This document shows, piece after piece, positions 12,064-20,967 of a DNA stretch of 64,000 nucleotides. The notes under the pieces were generated by a model. The model was not told where the DNA came from. It searched no databases and was given only the letters and a program-made list of their open reading frames with translations. Position 1 is the first letter of the stretch. The number at the start of each line of letters is the position of its first letter. Made by a program: the position numbers and the translations under genes. Origin of the DNA: Terriglobia bacterium (GTDB lineage: Bacteria; Acidobacteriota; Polarisedimenticolia; Polarisedimenticolales; JAIQFR01). The stretch lies in NCBI GenBank assembly GCA_963748015.1, contig CAVVHE010000006.1, positions 128,001-192,000 of the forward strand, in the 5' to 3' direction.

Positions 12064-12774
12064 GTGATGGACGTGCGCATCCTCGCCGGCCCCGATGCCG
12101 TGGCCGCCGAAGCCGCAAGGGTGATCGCCGCCGAGGCGCGGGCGGCCGTGGCGGCGCGTGGGCGCTTCGTCTTGGCGGTCAGTGGCGGCCGTACGCCGCG
12201 GCTCATGCTGCGCGCGCTCGCGGCCGAAGACGTGCCGTGGGCCAGTGTGCACGTGGTGCAGGTGGACGAGCGCATCGCCCCCGCCGGCGATCCCGATCGC
12301 AACCTCACGCACCTGTGCCTTAGCCTGCTCGAGTATGCGCCGCTGCGGGCGGAGCGGATCCACGCCATGCCGGTCGAGGAGGCCGACGTCGAAGCGGCCG
12401 CCCGCGGCTACGCGCGCACCCTCGAACGGATCGCCGGCACGCCGCCGGTGCTCGACCTCGCCCATCTCGGGCTCGGGCCGGACGGCCACACGGCATCTCT
12501 GGTTCCCGGCGATCCCGTCCTGGACGTCGTGGACCGGGACGTCGCGCCGACCGGCGTCTACATGAAGCGGCGCCGCATGACGTTGACCTATCCGATCCTC
12601 GATCGTTCGCGGCGCATCCTCTGGGTGGTGACCGGCGTGGAGAAGGCCGCGATGCTCTCGCGTCTCATCGCAGCGGATGCGTCGATTCCAGCGGGTCGCG
12701 TGCGTCGGGAGCAAGCCCTGGTTCTGGCCGACCGCTCCGCCACGGGGGAGAAGGCAGGACCGACGACCCGTTGA
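12064..12774 (+). CDS. pgl: 6-phosphogluconolactonase
   Basis: AVSGGRTP, QVDER, HLGLGPDGHTASLVPG, RMTLT. Confidence 0.92.
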   Translation: MMDVRILAGPDAVAAEAARVIAAEARAAVAARGRFVLAVSGGRTPRLMLRALAAEDVPWASVHVVQVDERIAPAGDPDRNLTHLCLSLLEYAPLRAERIHAMPVEEADVEAAARGYARTLERIAGTPPVLDLAHLGLGPDGHTASLVPGDPVLDVVDRDVAPTGVYMKRRRMTLTYPILDRSRRILWVVTGVEKAAMLSRLIAADASIPAGRVRREQALVLADRSATGEKAGPTTR

Positions 12775-12876
12775 TCGGACTCGCCGTCAGCACGATCCGC
12801 ACCCCCCCGATCGACGCGGTGCAGGCGGCGAAGGCGCTTGGTCGGGAGCGAGGGGGGGTGGTACGCTGACCCACTC

Positions 12877-13696
12877 ATGAGCGAGCCGGTCATCTGCTTC
12901 GGGCAGCAGCCCTGCGGCTTCTTTCCGAAGCGGTTCTTCTACGCGAAGCTGGTCACGGCACTCCGGCTGCGGCGGGAGCTCGGCGGGCGCGTCGTGTGGT
13001 TCTGTCACGACAGCGACCACGACTACCGCGAGACCACGACACCGCTCGTGGACCTCAAGACGGGGGACCTCAAGCGGATCAACTTCGACCACGTGAGCAA
13101 GATCCAGAAGAGCTACTCTCCCCTCTACGTCAAGCGGATCAAGGACGACTGGCAGGAGCGGACCGCGCGCGTCCTGCCGTGCTTCGTGGGTCCGGAGCTG
13201 GTAGACCTCTTCCGGTCGGTCCGGGCCACGCTCGCGGCCGACTTCTGCCTCGAGATGTACCGGCGCCTCGGGCTCCTCGAGGGGGTCGAGGTGATGCGCT
13301 CGAGCGATCCCGAGGTTCGGCGCCAGGCGGTTGCGATCGAGGACCCGTACGTGGACGTGGAGTACGAGGGGGAGATTGTGCGGGCCCGGCGACAGGGGGG
13401 AAGGCTCCGGTTGCACAAGGGCGGGGGCGAGTTCATCGAGCTCCCCGACCTCGAGACCGGCAAGGAAAGCATCAGCCCGGCGCGCGACGCCCGCCTGCGC
13501 TGGATGCAGTCGGTGGTGCGCTGCACCCACTACGTCGCCGGGGCGAGCGAGGTGCAGTACCTGAACACGTCGGAGACTCCGGAGATCACCTTCGTGGAGC
13601 GCGACGCGATCGACGACTCCCACGGGTCGTTCGTCGGCGTGGCCCCGCAGCGGGGGGGTGGTAGGCTTCCAAGCTCAACCGGAGATTCGAGCTTGA
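12877..13696 (+). CDS. Compact BshC-like (putative cysteine-adding) protein; appears fused to BshB1 as sequenced
   Basis: FGQQP...YAK, VVWFCHDSDHDYRE and ISPARDARLRWMQ...YVAGASEVQYL match the order of BshC motifs (GQQ, EDHD, SP..RP.MQ, GPGE..Y). The end coordinate assumes one extra G in the G7 run at 13652-13658. Confidence 0.65.
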
Positions 13697-14451
13697 GTCG
13701 CGACGCCAACCACGACGCCCCGAGCGCCACCGCGCCATCGCCACGCCGTATCCTGGCGGTCGGCGCGCATCCCGACGACGTCGAGTTCGGTTGCGGCGGC
13801 ATCCTCGTCAAGGAGGCCGCCCGCGGCCACGAGGTCACGATCCTGAGCTTGTCTCGCGGCGAGGCGGCCTCGAACGGGGACCCCGAGACGCGCCGGCGCG
13901 AGGGCGAGGCGGCCGCGGAGGTCATCGGCGCGCGTCTCGAGCTCCTCGATCTCGAGGGGGACTCGCGGATCGAGTACCGGCCGCCGAACGCCGTCGCCAT
14001 CGCGCGCGTCATCCGGCGGTTGCGGCCGCACATCCTGCTCGCGCCGTCGCCGGAGGAGAACCAGCACCCCGATCACGCCAAGGCCGGGCGGCTGGTCCGC
14101 GATGCCGCGCGCTTGGCCCGCTACGGCGGGCTCGAGGACCTGGCGCCCGCCCCGGCCCACGCCATCGACGCGCTCTACTTCTTCGAGATCACCGGGACCG
14201 GCCTCGGCTCCGCCTCGACCGGCCTGCCCTGGATCGTCGTGGACGTTTCGGATGTCGTGGCGACCTGGCGCAAAGCGATGGAATGTCACGCGACGCAGCT
14301 GGCCACGCGCAACTACGTCGAGCTGCAACTGGCGCGTGCCCGCGCGCTCGGACTCGAGATCGGCGTCGAGCACGCCATGGCGGTCCGTGCGAACGATCCG
14401 ATCCGCCTCGAGGGGCTCACGGACCTCCGGGGTTCGGGGAGGCGGTTCTGA
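13693..14451 (+). CDS. bshB1: PIG-L family deacetylase, bacillithiol BshB1-like
   Basis: ILAVGAHPDDVEFGCGG, SRGE, HPDH, CHATQ; GGAGA RBS at 13681 and in-frame TTG at 13693; adjacent to bshA. Confidence 0.85.
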   Translation: MSRDANHDAPSATAPSPRRILAVGAHPDDVEFGCGGILVKEAARGHEVTILSLSRGEAASNGDPETRRREGEAAAEVIGARLELLDLEGDSRIEYRPPNAVAIARVIRRLRPHILLAPSPEENQHPDHAKAGRLVRDAARLARYGGLEDLAPAPAHAIDALYFFEITGTGLGSASTGLPWIVVDVSDVVATWRKAMECHATQLATRNYVELQLARARALGLEIGVEHAMAVRANDPIRLEGLTDLRGSGRRF

Positions 14452-15608
14452 GCGGCTCTCGCACGGCGGACGGTCCCCTGCGGATCGCCATCACCTGCTA
14501 CCCGACGGTCGGCGGCAGCGGCATTCTCGCCTCGCAGCTCGGGCAGCAACTGGCGGCGCGGGGCCACGAGGTGCACTTCGTCTCCTACGGCATGCCGTTC
14601 CGGCTGGACGGAACGGCGCCCAACATCTTCTTCCACCCCGTGAGCGTCAACGAGTACGATCTCTTCCGCTATCCGGACTACACGCTGCCGCTCTCGGTGA
14701 CTCTGGCGGAGGTCAGCCGGGACTTCGATCTCGACCTGATCCACGCGCACTACGCCGTGCCGCACGCCGTCGCTGCCTACCTGGCCCGGCAGATGATCGG
14801 GGAGGGAGCGCCTCGCGTCATCACCACGCTGCACGGCACCGACACGACGCTCATGGGGCAGGACCCGAACTACCAGCCCGTGATCCGCCACGCCATCGAG
14901 CACTCTTCGGGGGTGACGGCGGTGAGCGCATTCCTTCGCGACGAGACGAAGAGCACCTTCCAGGTGGAGCACGAAATCCGCGTCATCCACAACTTCTTCG
15001 CGCCCATCAGCCCGAGCCGCGACCGGGAGCGGGTGCGCGCGGAGCTGGGGGTCGGCGACGAGCTCCTGGTGCTCCACATGTCGAACCTCCGGCCGGTCAA
15101 GCGGATCGATGACCTGCTGCGGGTCATCGCCGCCTCGCGGCACCGCGACCGCGTGCGGCTCCTGATCCTGGCCGGAGGCGACTTCGCCCCGTACCGCCGG
15201 CAGGTCGAAGCACTCGGGATCGCGTCGCAGGTGACCGTGATGCAGTCGGTACTGGACGTGGAGAACTACCTCAACGCCGCCGACGTGGGGCTGTACACCT
15301 CCGAGCACGAGTCGTTCGGCCTGAGCATCCTGGAGAGCATGTTCCACCGACACCCGATTCTCGCGGCGCGCGCCGGCGGCGTCCCGGAGGTCGTCGTGGA
15401 CGGGGAAACCGGTTTCCTGGCGCCGGTGGGGGACATCGACGGCCTCGCCGGGAAGCTCGACGCGATCGTGGAGGATAGGGAGCGCTACCGGCCGATGGGG
15501 GAGCGGGGCTACGAGAGGGCGAGGGCGCTCTTTTCCGCCGAGCGGATCACGGGGGAGTATCTCGATTTCTACCGGCAGGTTCTAGTGTCCCGGGAAGCGC
15601 GGGAGTAG
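14448..15608 (+). CDS. bshA: N-acetyl-alpha-D-glucosaminyl L-malate synthase (GT4)
   Basis: RIAITCYPTVGGSG, HAHYAVPHA, TTLHGTD, HMSNLRPVKR, ESFGLSILE; start uncertain (CTG 14448 or 14478). Confidence 0.93.
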   Translation: MSGSRTADGPLRIAITCYPTVGGSGILASQLGQQLAARGHEVHFVSYGMPFRLDGTAPNIFFHPVSVNEYDLFRYPDYTLPLSVTLAEVSRDFDLDLIHAHYAVPHAVAAYLARQMIGEGAPRVITTLHGTDTTLMGQDPNYQPVIRHAIEHSSGVTAVSAFLRDETKSTFQVEHEIRVIHNFFAPISPSRDRERVRAELGVGDELLVLHMSNLRPVKRIDDLLRVIAASRHRDRVRLLILAGGDFAPYRRQVEALGIASQVTVMQSVLDVENYLNAADVGLYTSEHESFGLSILESMFHRHPILAARAGGVPEVVVDGETGFLAPVGDIDGLAGKLDAIVEDRERYRPMGERGYERARALFSAERITGEYLDFYRQVLVSREARE

Positions 15609-15623
15609 GCGGGGGACGAAGAC

Positions 15624-18128
15624 GTGACGAGATGGACCTCGAAAGCCACCGGAGCGTGCGCCATGGGGATTCTGCTGGGATGCATGGGGACGGGCTCCGC
15701 CATGGCGCTCGTGCCGAAGCGGCCCGACGCGGCCGAGATCCAGCTTGCGCTCAAGAAGCTCCAGTTCCTGGGAAGCGCGCTCTACGTGGCGGCGCATCCC
15801 GACGACGAGAACACGCGCCTCATGGCGTGGCTCGTCAACGGACGCCTGGCGGACGCCGCGTATCTCTCCATGACCCGCGGCGACGGCGGGCAGAACCTGA
15901 TCGGTCCGGAGATCGGCGACCTGCTGGGGATCATCCGCTCGCAGGAGCTGCTAGCGGCGCGCCGGATCGACGGCGGGCGGCAGTTCTTCACCCGGGCGAT
16001 CGACTTCGGGTATTCCAAGACGCCGGAGGAGACGCTGCGGATCTGGGACCGGGAGCAAGTGCTCGCCGACACGGTGCGGATCGTGAGGCAATTCCAGCCG
16101 GACGTGGTGATCACCCGGTTCCCCGCCGCCAATCGCGATACGCACGGGCACCACACCTCGTCCGCGTGGATCGCGCGCGACGCCATGGCGGCGGCCGGCG
16201 ACCCGAAGCGTTTCCCCGAGCAGCTCGATCGCCTGGCGACGTGGCGGCCGCGGCGGCTGCTCTGGAACACCTCGCGCTTCTTCTACGACAAGCCGGAGGA
16301 CCTCAAGCCGGACACGCTGGTCAAGGTCGACGCCGGCGCGTACAACCCGTTGCTCGGGGAGTCGTACACGGAACTCGCCGCCCGCGCCCGCAGCATGCAC
16401 AAGAGCCAGGGGTTCGGGTCGAGCGGCCAGCGCGGCGAGGTGCTCGAGTACCTCGCGCCGGCTGAAGGCGAGGGGACGCCCCGCGACCTCTTCGAGGGGA
16501 TCGACACGACGTGGGGGAGGGTGCCGGGCGGCAAGGCGGTGGGCGGCCTCCTCGATCGGGCCTACCGCGAGTTCGTCCCCGAGAGCCCGGCCGGCATCGT
16601 GCCGCGCCTGCTCGAGGCGCGCGCGAAGCTGGCGGCGCTGCCGCCCGGCCGCTGGACGACCGCCAAGAGGGCCGACCTCGACCAGGTCATCGCCGCCTGC
16701 CTCGGCCTCTACCTCGAGGCCGCGGCCGACGTCTATGCGGCGGTGCCCGGCGACACGTTGAAGATCAATCTCGAGGCGGTCAACCGGTCGCCGGTGGCGG
16801 TGCGGCTGAAGAAGGTGACCGTCGCCGCCGCAGGAAGCGACCTCCCGTGGGAGCAGGACCTCGACAGCCGCCAGAGCTTCAAGAAGACGGTCGAGGTGAC
16901 GCTGCCGGCGGACCTTCCGGACTCGCAGCCGTACTGGCTGCGCGAGAAGGGCACCCTCGGGATGTTCCGCGTCGACGAAGCGGCGCTCATCGGCCTGCCC
17001 GAGAACCCGCCCGCGCTGACGGCGTCGTTCGCCCTCGAGGTGGAGGGGACGCCTATCGTCTTCGACAGGCCGGTCGTCTACAGGCGGACCGACCCGGTGC
17101 ACGGAGAGCAGTACCGGCCGTTCGAGGTGATCCCGGCGGTCGCCGTGACCGTCACCGAGAGCGTCTTCGTCCTGCCGCCCGAGCTGTCGTCGCACGAGGT
17201 GGCGGTCGAGCTCCGTGCCGGCCGGGCCGGCGTCGAGGGGACCGTGCGGCTCGAGGCGCCCGCGGGCTGGACCGCGAGCCCCGCGTCGCGCCCGTTCCGC
17301 ATCGACGAGAAGGACGCGACCGCCACGGTGACCTTCGATCTCGTGCCGCCGGCCGCGCCGTCGGCCGGGGTCCTGCGGGCGGTGGCCGAGATCGCCGGGC
17401 GGCGCTACCAGCGCGGGCTCGTCCACATCGTCCACGACCACATCCCGACCCAGGTCGTCATGCCGCCCGCCGAGGCCCGTGTCGTGCGCGCCGACGTGCG
17501 TCGCAAGGGGCAGAACGTCGGCTACGTGCAGGGAGCCGGCGACCAGGTGCCGGCGGGGCTGCGCGAGATCGGCTACACGGTGACCGAGCTGTCCGTGGAC
17601 GATCTGGTCCCGGACCGCCTGCGTGGCTTCGACGCGATCGTCCTCGGCGTGCGGGCGTACAACACGCTCGACCGCATCCGCTTCCAGCAGCCGGCGCTGT
17701 TCGACTACGTGAAGGGCGGGGGGACGTTGATCGTGCAGTACACCACCGGGCAGGAGCTGAAGGTCGAGTCCGTCGCTCCGCTGCCGCTCACGATCTCGCG
17801 CGAGCGGGTGAGCGAGGAGGGGGCCGAGGTCCGGTTCCTGGCTCCGGACCACCCGGTGCTCAACCGGCCGAACCGGATCACGGCCTCGGACTTCGAGGGC
17901 TGGGTGCAGGAGCGCGGTCTCTACTTCGCCGGCAAGTGGGACCCCGCCTTCACCGCGGTGCTCTCGAGCAACGACGCGGGCGAGCCCCCGCGCGACGGCG
18001 GACTGCTCGTGGCGAAGTACGGCGAGGGCTGGTTCGTGTACACCGGCTACTCCTTCTTCCGGCAGCTCCCGGCCGGGGTGCCGGGGGCTTACCGGCTGTT
18101 CGCGAATCTCATCGCGCTGGGCAAGTGA
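15624..18128 (+). CDS. Large LmbE/PIG-L family deacetylase with C-terminal accessory domains, probably exported
   Basis: AAHPDDEN, TRGDGGQN, DFGYSK, HGHH, HKSQGFG, GWVQERG, FFRQLPAGVPGAYRLFANL. Confidence 0.88.
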   Translation: MTRWTSKATGACAMGILLGCMGTGSAMALVPKRPDAAEIQLALKKLQFLGSALYVAAHPDDENTRLMAWLVNGRLADAAYLSMTRGDGGQNLIGPEIGDLLGIIRSQELLAARRIDGGRQFFTRAIDFGYSKTPEETLRIWDREQVLADTVRIVRQFQPDVVITRFPAANRDTHGHHTSSAWIARDAMAAAGDPKRFPEQLDRLATWRPRRLLWNTSRFFYDKPEDLKPDTLVKVDAGAYNPLLGESYTELAARARSMHKSQGFGSSGQRGEVLEYLAPAEGEGTPRDLFEGIDTTWGRVPGGKAVGGLLDRAYREFVPESPAGIVPRLLEARAKLAALPPGRWTTAKRADLDQVIAACLGLYLEAAADVYAAVPGDTLKINLEAVNRSPVAVRLKKVTVAAAGSDLPWEQDLDSRQSFKKTVEVTLPADLPDSQPYWLREKGTLGMFRVDEAALIGLPENPPALTASFALEVEGTPIVFDRPVVYRRTDPVHGEQYRPFEVIPAVAVTVTESVFVLPPELSSHEVAVELRAGRAGVEGTVRLEAPAGWTASPASRPFRIDEKDATATVTFDLVPPAAPSAGVLRAVAEIAGRRYQRGLVHIVHDHIPTQVVMPPAEARVVRADVRRKGQNVGYVQGAGDQVPAGLREIGYTVTELSVDDLVPDRLRGFDAIVLGVRAYNTLDRIRFQQPALFDYVKGGGTLIVQYTTGQELKVESVAPLPLTISRERVSEEGAEVRFLAPDHPVLNRPNRITASDFEGWVQERGLYFAGKWDPAFTAVLSSNDAGEPPRDGGLLVAKYGEGWFVYTGYSFFRQLPAGVPGAYRLFANLIALGK

Positions 18129-18173
18129 CTCCGTGACACGATCCGGCCGGCCGGACCGCGGGAAGCCGACCGC

Positions 18174-18320
18174 ATGACGACCGATCCCGAAAAGGCGAAA
18201 CGGATCCTCGACGACCGGCCGCCGTTCTTCCGGACCTGGACCGACGTGTACGCCGCGGTGATCGGTCTCCTCGGCGTGCTGGTCCTGGTCTTCAGCCTCC
18301 TCACGAGGATTCTCGGGTGA
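18174..18320 (+). CDS. Small single-pass membrane protein (48 aa) preceding the symporter
   Basis: MTTDPEKAKRILDDRPPFFRTWTDVYAAVIGLLGVLVLVFSLLTRILG*; stop overlaps the GTG of the symporter (GTGA). Confidence 0.75.
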   Translation: MTTDPEKAKRILDDRPPFFRTWTDVYAAVIGLLGVLVLVFSLLTRILG

Positions 18321-20038
18321 GCGCTCTCGACGTCGTCGTCCTCCTCGGCACGCTCGTGGGCATCGCCGCCTACGGTGCCTGGAAGACGCGCGGCAACCGC
18401 GACCTCGAGGAGTACTTCGGCGGCGACCACTCGATGAAGTGGGGCACCATCGGCCTCTCGGTGATGGCGACCCAGGCGAGCGCCGTGACCTTCCTCTCGA
18501 CGCCCGGCTTCGGCTACGAGAAGGGAATGGAGTTCGTCCAGAACTACCTGGGCCTGCCGATCGCCCTGGTCCTCGTGTCCGCCGCTGTTCATCCCCGTGT
18601 ACTACCGGAGCGGCGTGTACACGGCCTACGAGTACCTCGAGCGGCGCTTCGACCTCAAGACCCGGCAGCTGGGCGCCGTCCTGTTCCTCGTGCAGCGGGG
18701 ACTCGCTTCCGGCATCACGCTCTATGCCCCCGCGATCATCGTCTCGAATCTCATGGGGTGGAGACTCAACTCCACCATCCTGCTGTCGGGGCTCCTGGTC
18801 GTGATCTACACGGTCGCCGGGGGCTCCCGGGCGGTCAGCCTCACGCAGAAGCACCAGATGGCGGTGATCCTGGTCGGCATGGGCGTGGCGTTCCTCCTCG
18901 TCGTCGTGTACCTGTCCCGGGAGATCCCCATCGCGCAGGCCCTGCCCCTGGCGGGCAAGCTGGGGAAGATGGAGATCGTCAACTTCTCCTTCGACTACAG
19001 CCGGCGGTACACCTTCTGGTCGGGGATCTTCGGAGGCCTGTTCCTGGCGCTGTCGTACTTCGGCACGGACCAGTCGCAGGTGGGGCGCTATCTCACGGGG
19101 AAGTCGGTCACCGAGGGCCGCATGGGACTGATGTTCAACGCCGTGCTCAAGGTGCCGATGCAGTTCCTGATCCTGCTCACCGGGGTGATGGTGTTCCTGT
19201 TCTACCAGTTCGTGCAGCCGCCGATCCTCTTCAAGCGGCCGGCGCTCCAGGCCGTGTACGCGTCGGCGCGCGCCGGGGAGATGAAGGCGCTCGAGACCCG
19301 CTACGCCGCGGTGTTCACCGAGAAGCGCGAAGCGGTGCGGACGCTGGCCACGGCCCTCAAAAAAGGCGACGACGGCGCGGTCACCTTGGCCAGGGCCCGG
19401 GTCGGGGACCTCGCGGCGCGGGGGAGAAGATCCGGGACGAGGCGAAGTCGCTGGTGGCCGAGGTCGCCCCGGGGATGGAGGCGAAGGACTCCGACTACGT
19501 CTTCCTGACCTTCGTCGTGCAGCACCTCCCGCGAGGCGTCATCGGTCTCCTGATCGCGGTGATCTTCTGCGCCGGGATGTCGTCGAGCTCGTCCGAGTTC
19601 AACGCCCTCGGCTCGACCTCCACCGTCGACATCTACCGCCGGCTCGTCCGGCCGAAGGAGAGCGAGCGGCATTACGTGTTCGTGTCGAAGGCGCTCACGG
19701 CGTTCTGGGGACTGGTCGCGATCGCGTTCGCCATGGCGGCCTCGCTCGCCGAGAACCTGATCGAGGCGATCAACATTCTCGGGTCCCTGTTCTACGGCAC
19801 CATCCTGGGGATCTTCCTGACCGCGTTCCTGCTGAAGCGGGTGCAGGGGACCGCGGTGTTCCTTGCGGCCCTCCTGGCGGAGGGCACGGTCGTCACGCTC
19901 TACTTCACCACCCACATCGGCTATCTCTGGTACAACCTCATCGGCTGCATGATGGTCCTGGCGCTGGGCGCGGCGTTCGAGACCCTCCTGCCGGGTCCAC
20001 GCAGGAACGCCGTTGCCCCGGGGGTCGGAGGGAGCTAG
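18317..20038 (+). CDS. Sodium:solute symporter (two compensating frameshifts near 18585 and 19422)
   Basis: SVMATQASAVTFLSTPG; middle part in ORF 18597..19508 (TAYEYLERRFD, SYFGTDQSQVGRYL); C-terminus back in the first frame (GSLFYGTILG). Confidence 0.9.
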   Translation: MSALDVVVLLGTLVGIAAYGAWKTRGNRDLEEYFGGDHSMKWGTIGLSVMATQASAVTFLSTPGFGYEKGMEFVQNYLGLPIALVLVSAAVHPRVLPERRVHGLRVPRAALRPQDPAAGRRPVPRAAGTRFRHHALCPRDHRLESHGVETQLHHPAVGAPGRDLHGRRGLPGGQPHAEAPDGGDPGRHGRGVPPRRRVPVPGDPHRAGPAPGGQAGEDGDRQLLLRLQPAVHLLVGDLRRPVPGAVVLRHGPVAGGALSHGEVGHRGPHGTDVQRRAQGADAVPDPAHRGDGVPVLPVRAAADPLQAAGAPGRVRVGARRGDEGARDPLRRGVHREARSGADAGHGPQKRRRRRGHLGQGPGRGPRGAGEKIRDEAKSLVAEVAPGMEAKDSDYVFLTFVVQHLPRGVIGLLIAVIFCAGMSSSSSEFNALGSTSTVDIYRRLVRPKESERHYVFVSKALTAFWGLVAIAFAMAASLAENLIEAINILGSLFYGTILGIFLTAFLLKRVQGTAVFLAALLAEGTVVTLYFTTHIGYLWYNLIGCMMVLALGAAFETLLPGPRRNAVAPGVGGS

Positions 20039-20095
20039 AATCGGCCGGCTCTTACCTTCGATTCAAGTCCAGGGTCTCGCTCGAGGAGGAACCGT

Positions 20096-20947
20096 ATGAA
20101 GAAGATCCTGTTGTCCGCCGCCGTTCTCATGTTGCTCATGCCGTCCGCGTTCGCGCAGCTCAAGCTGCCCCGGCCCAGCCAGAAGGGCTCGGTCATGCAG
20201 ACGGTCGGGCTGACCGACGTCACGATCACCTACAGCCGTCCCGGCGTGAAGGGACGCACCATCTGGGGCGACCTGGTTCCCTACGACAAGGTCTGGCGGA
20301 CGGGCGCCAACGAGGCCACCACCATCGTGTTCGGCAAGGACGTGACCATCAACGGCAAGCCGCTTCCCGCCGGCACGTACAGCCTGCACACCATCCCCGG
20401 CAAGAGCTCCTGGACGCTCATCTTCAACAAGAAGGCCGACCAGTGGGGCAGCTACAGCTACGACGCCGCACAGGACGCGCTGCGCGTCGAGGCCGCGCCG
20501 GCCGCGGGGCCGCACGTGGAGTGGCTGACCTTCTCCTTCCCCGACATCAAGAACGACTCCGCGCAGGTGGAGCTGGCCTGGGAGAAGCTGCGGGTGGCGT
20601 TCACGATCGGCGCCGACACCAACAACCAGGCGCTCGCCGAGATCCGGAAGACCCTGGCGGGCGAGGTGAAGGAGTGGAACGTCCCGTACGGCGCCGCCGG
20701 CTTCGTGTTCAACAACAACCTCGACAACAAGGCCGAGGCGATGAAGTGGATCGACCAGTCGATCGCCATGAAGGAGACGTTCTACAACCTCCGTCTCAAG
20801 GCGCAGATGCTCGCGAAGGACGGCAAGCCGAAGGACGCCGTCGCGTTCGGCGAGAAGGCCGTGGCCGTCGGCAAGGCCGACCCGAACGCCGCCGACGAGG
20901 TCGCGAAGCTGGAGAAGCAGATCGCGGAGTGGAAGGCCGGCAAGTAA
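20096..20947 (+). CDS. DUF2911 domain exported protein with helical C-terminus
   Basis: Signal peptide; PRPSQ, ITYSRPGVKGR.IWG.LVPY..VWRTGANEAT. Confidence 0.88.
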   Translation: MKKILLSAAVLMLLMPSAFAQLKLPRPSQKGSVMQTVGLTDVTITYSRPGVKGRTIWGDLVPYDKVWRTGANEATTIVFGKDVTINGKPLPAGTYSLHTIPGKSSWTLIFNKKADQWGSYSYDAAQDALRVEAAPAAGPHVEWLTFSFPDIKNDSAQVELAWEKLRVAFTIGADTNNQALAEIRKTLAGEVKEWNVPYGAAGFVFNNNLDNKAEAMKWIDQSIAMKETFYNLRLKAQMLAKDGKPKDAVAFGEKAVAVGKADPNAADEVAKLEKQIAEWKAGK

Positions 20948-20967
20948 CGCCGCCCCGAGGAGGCTCT

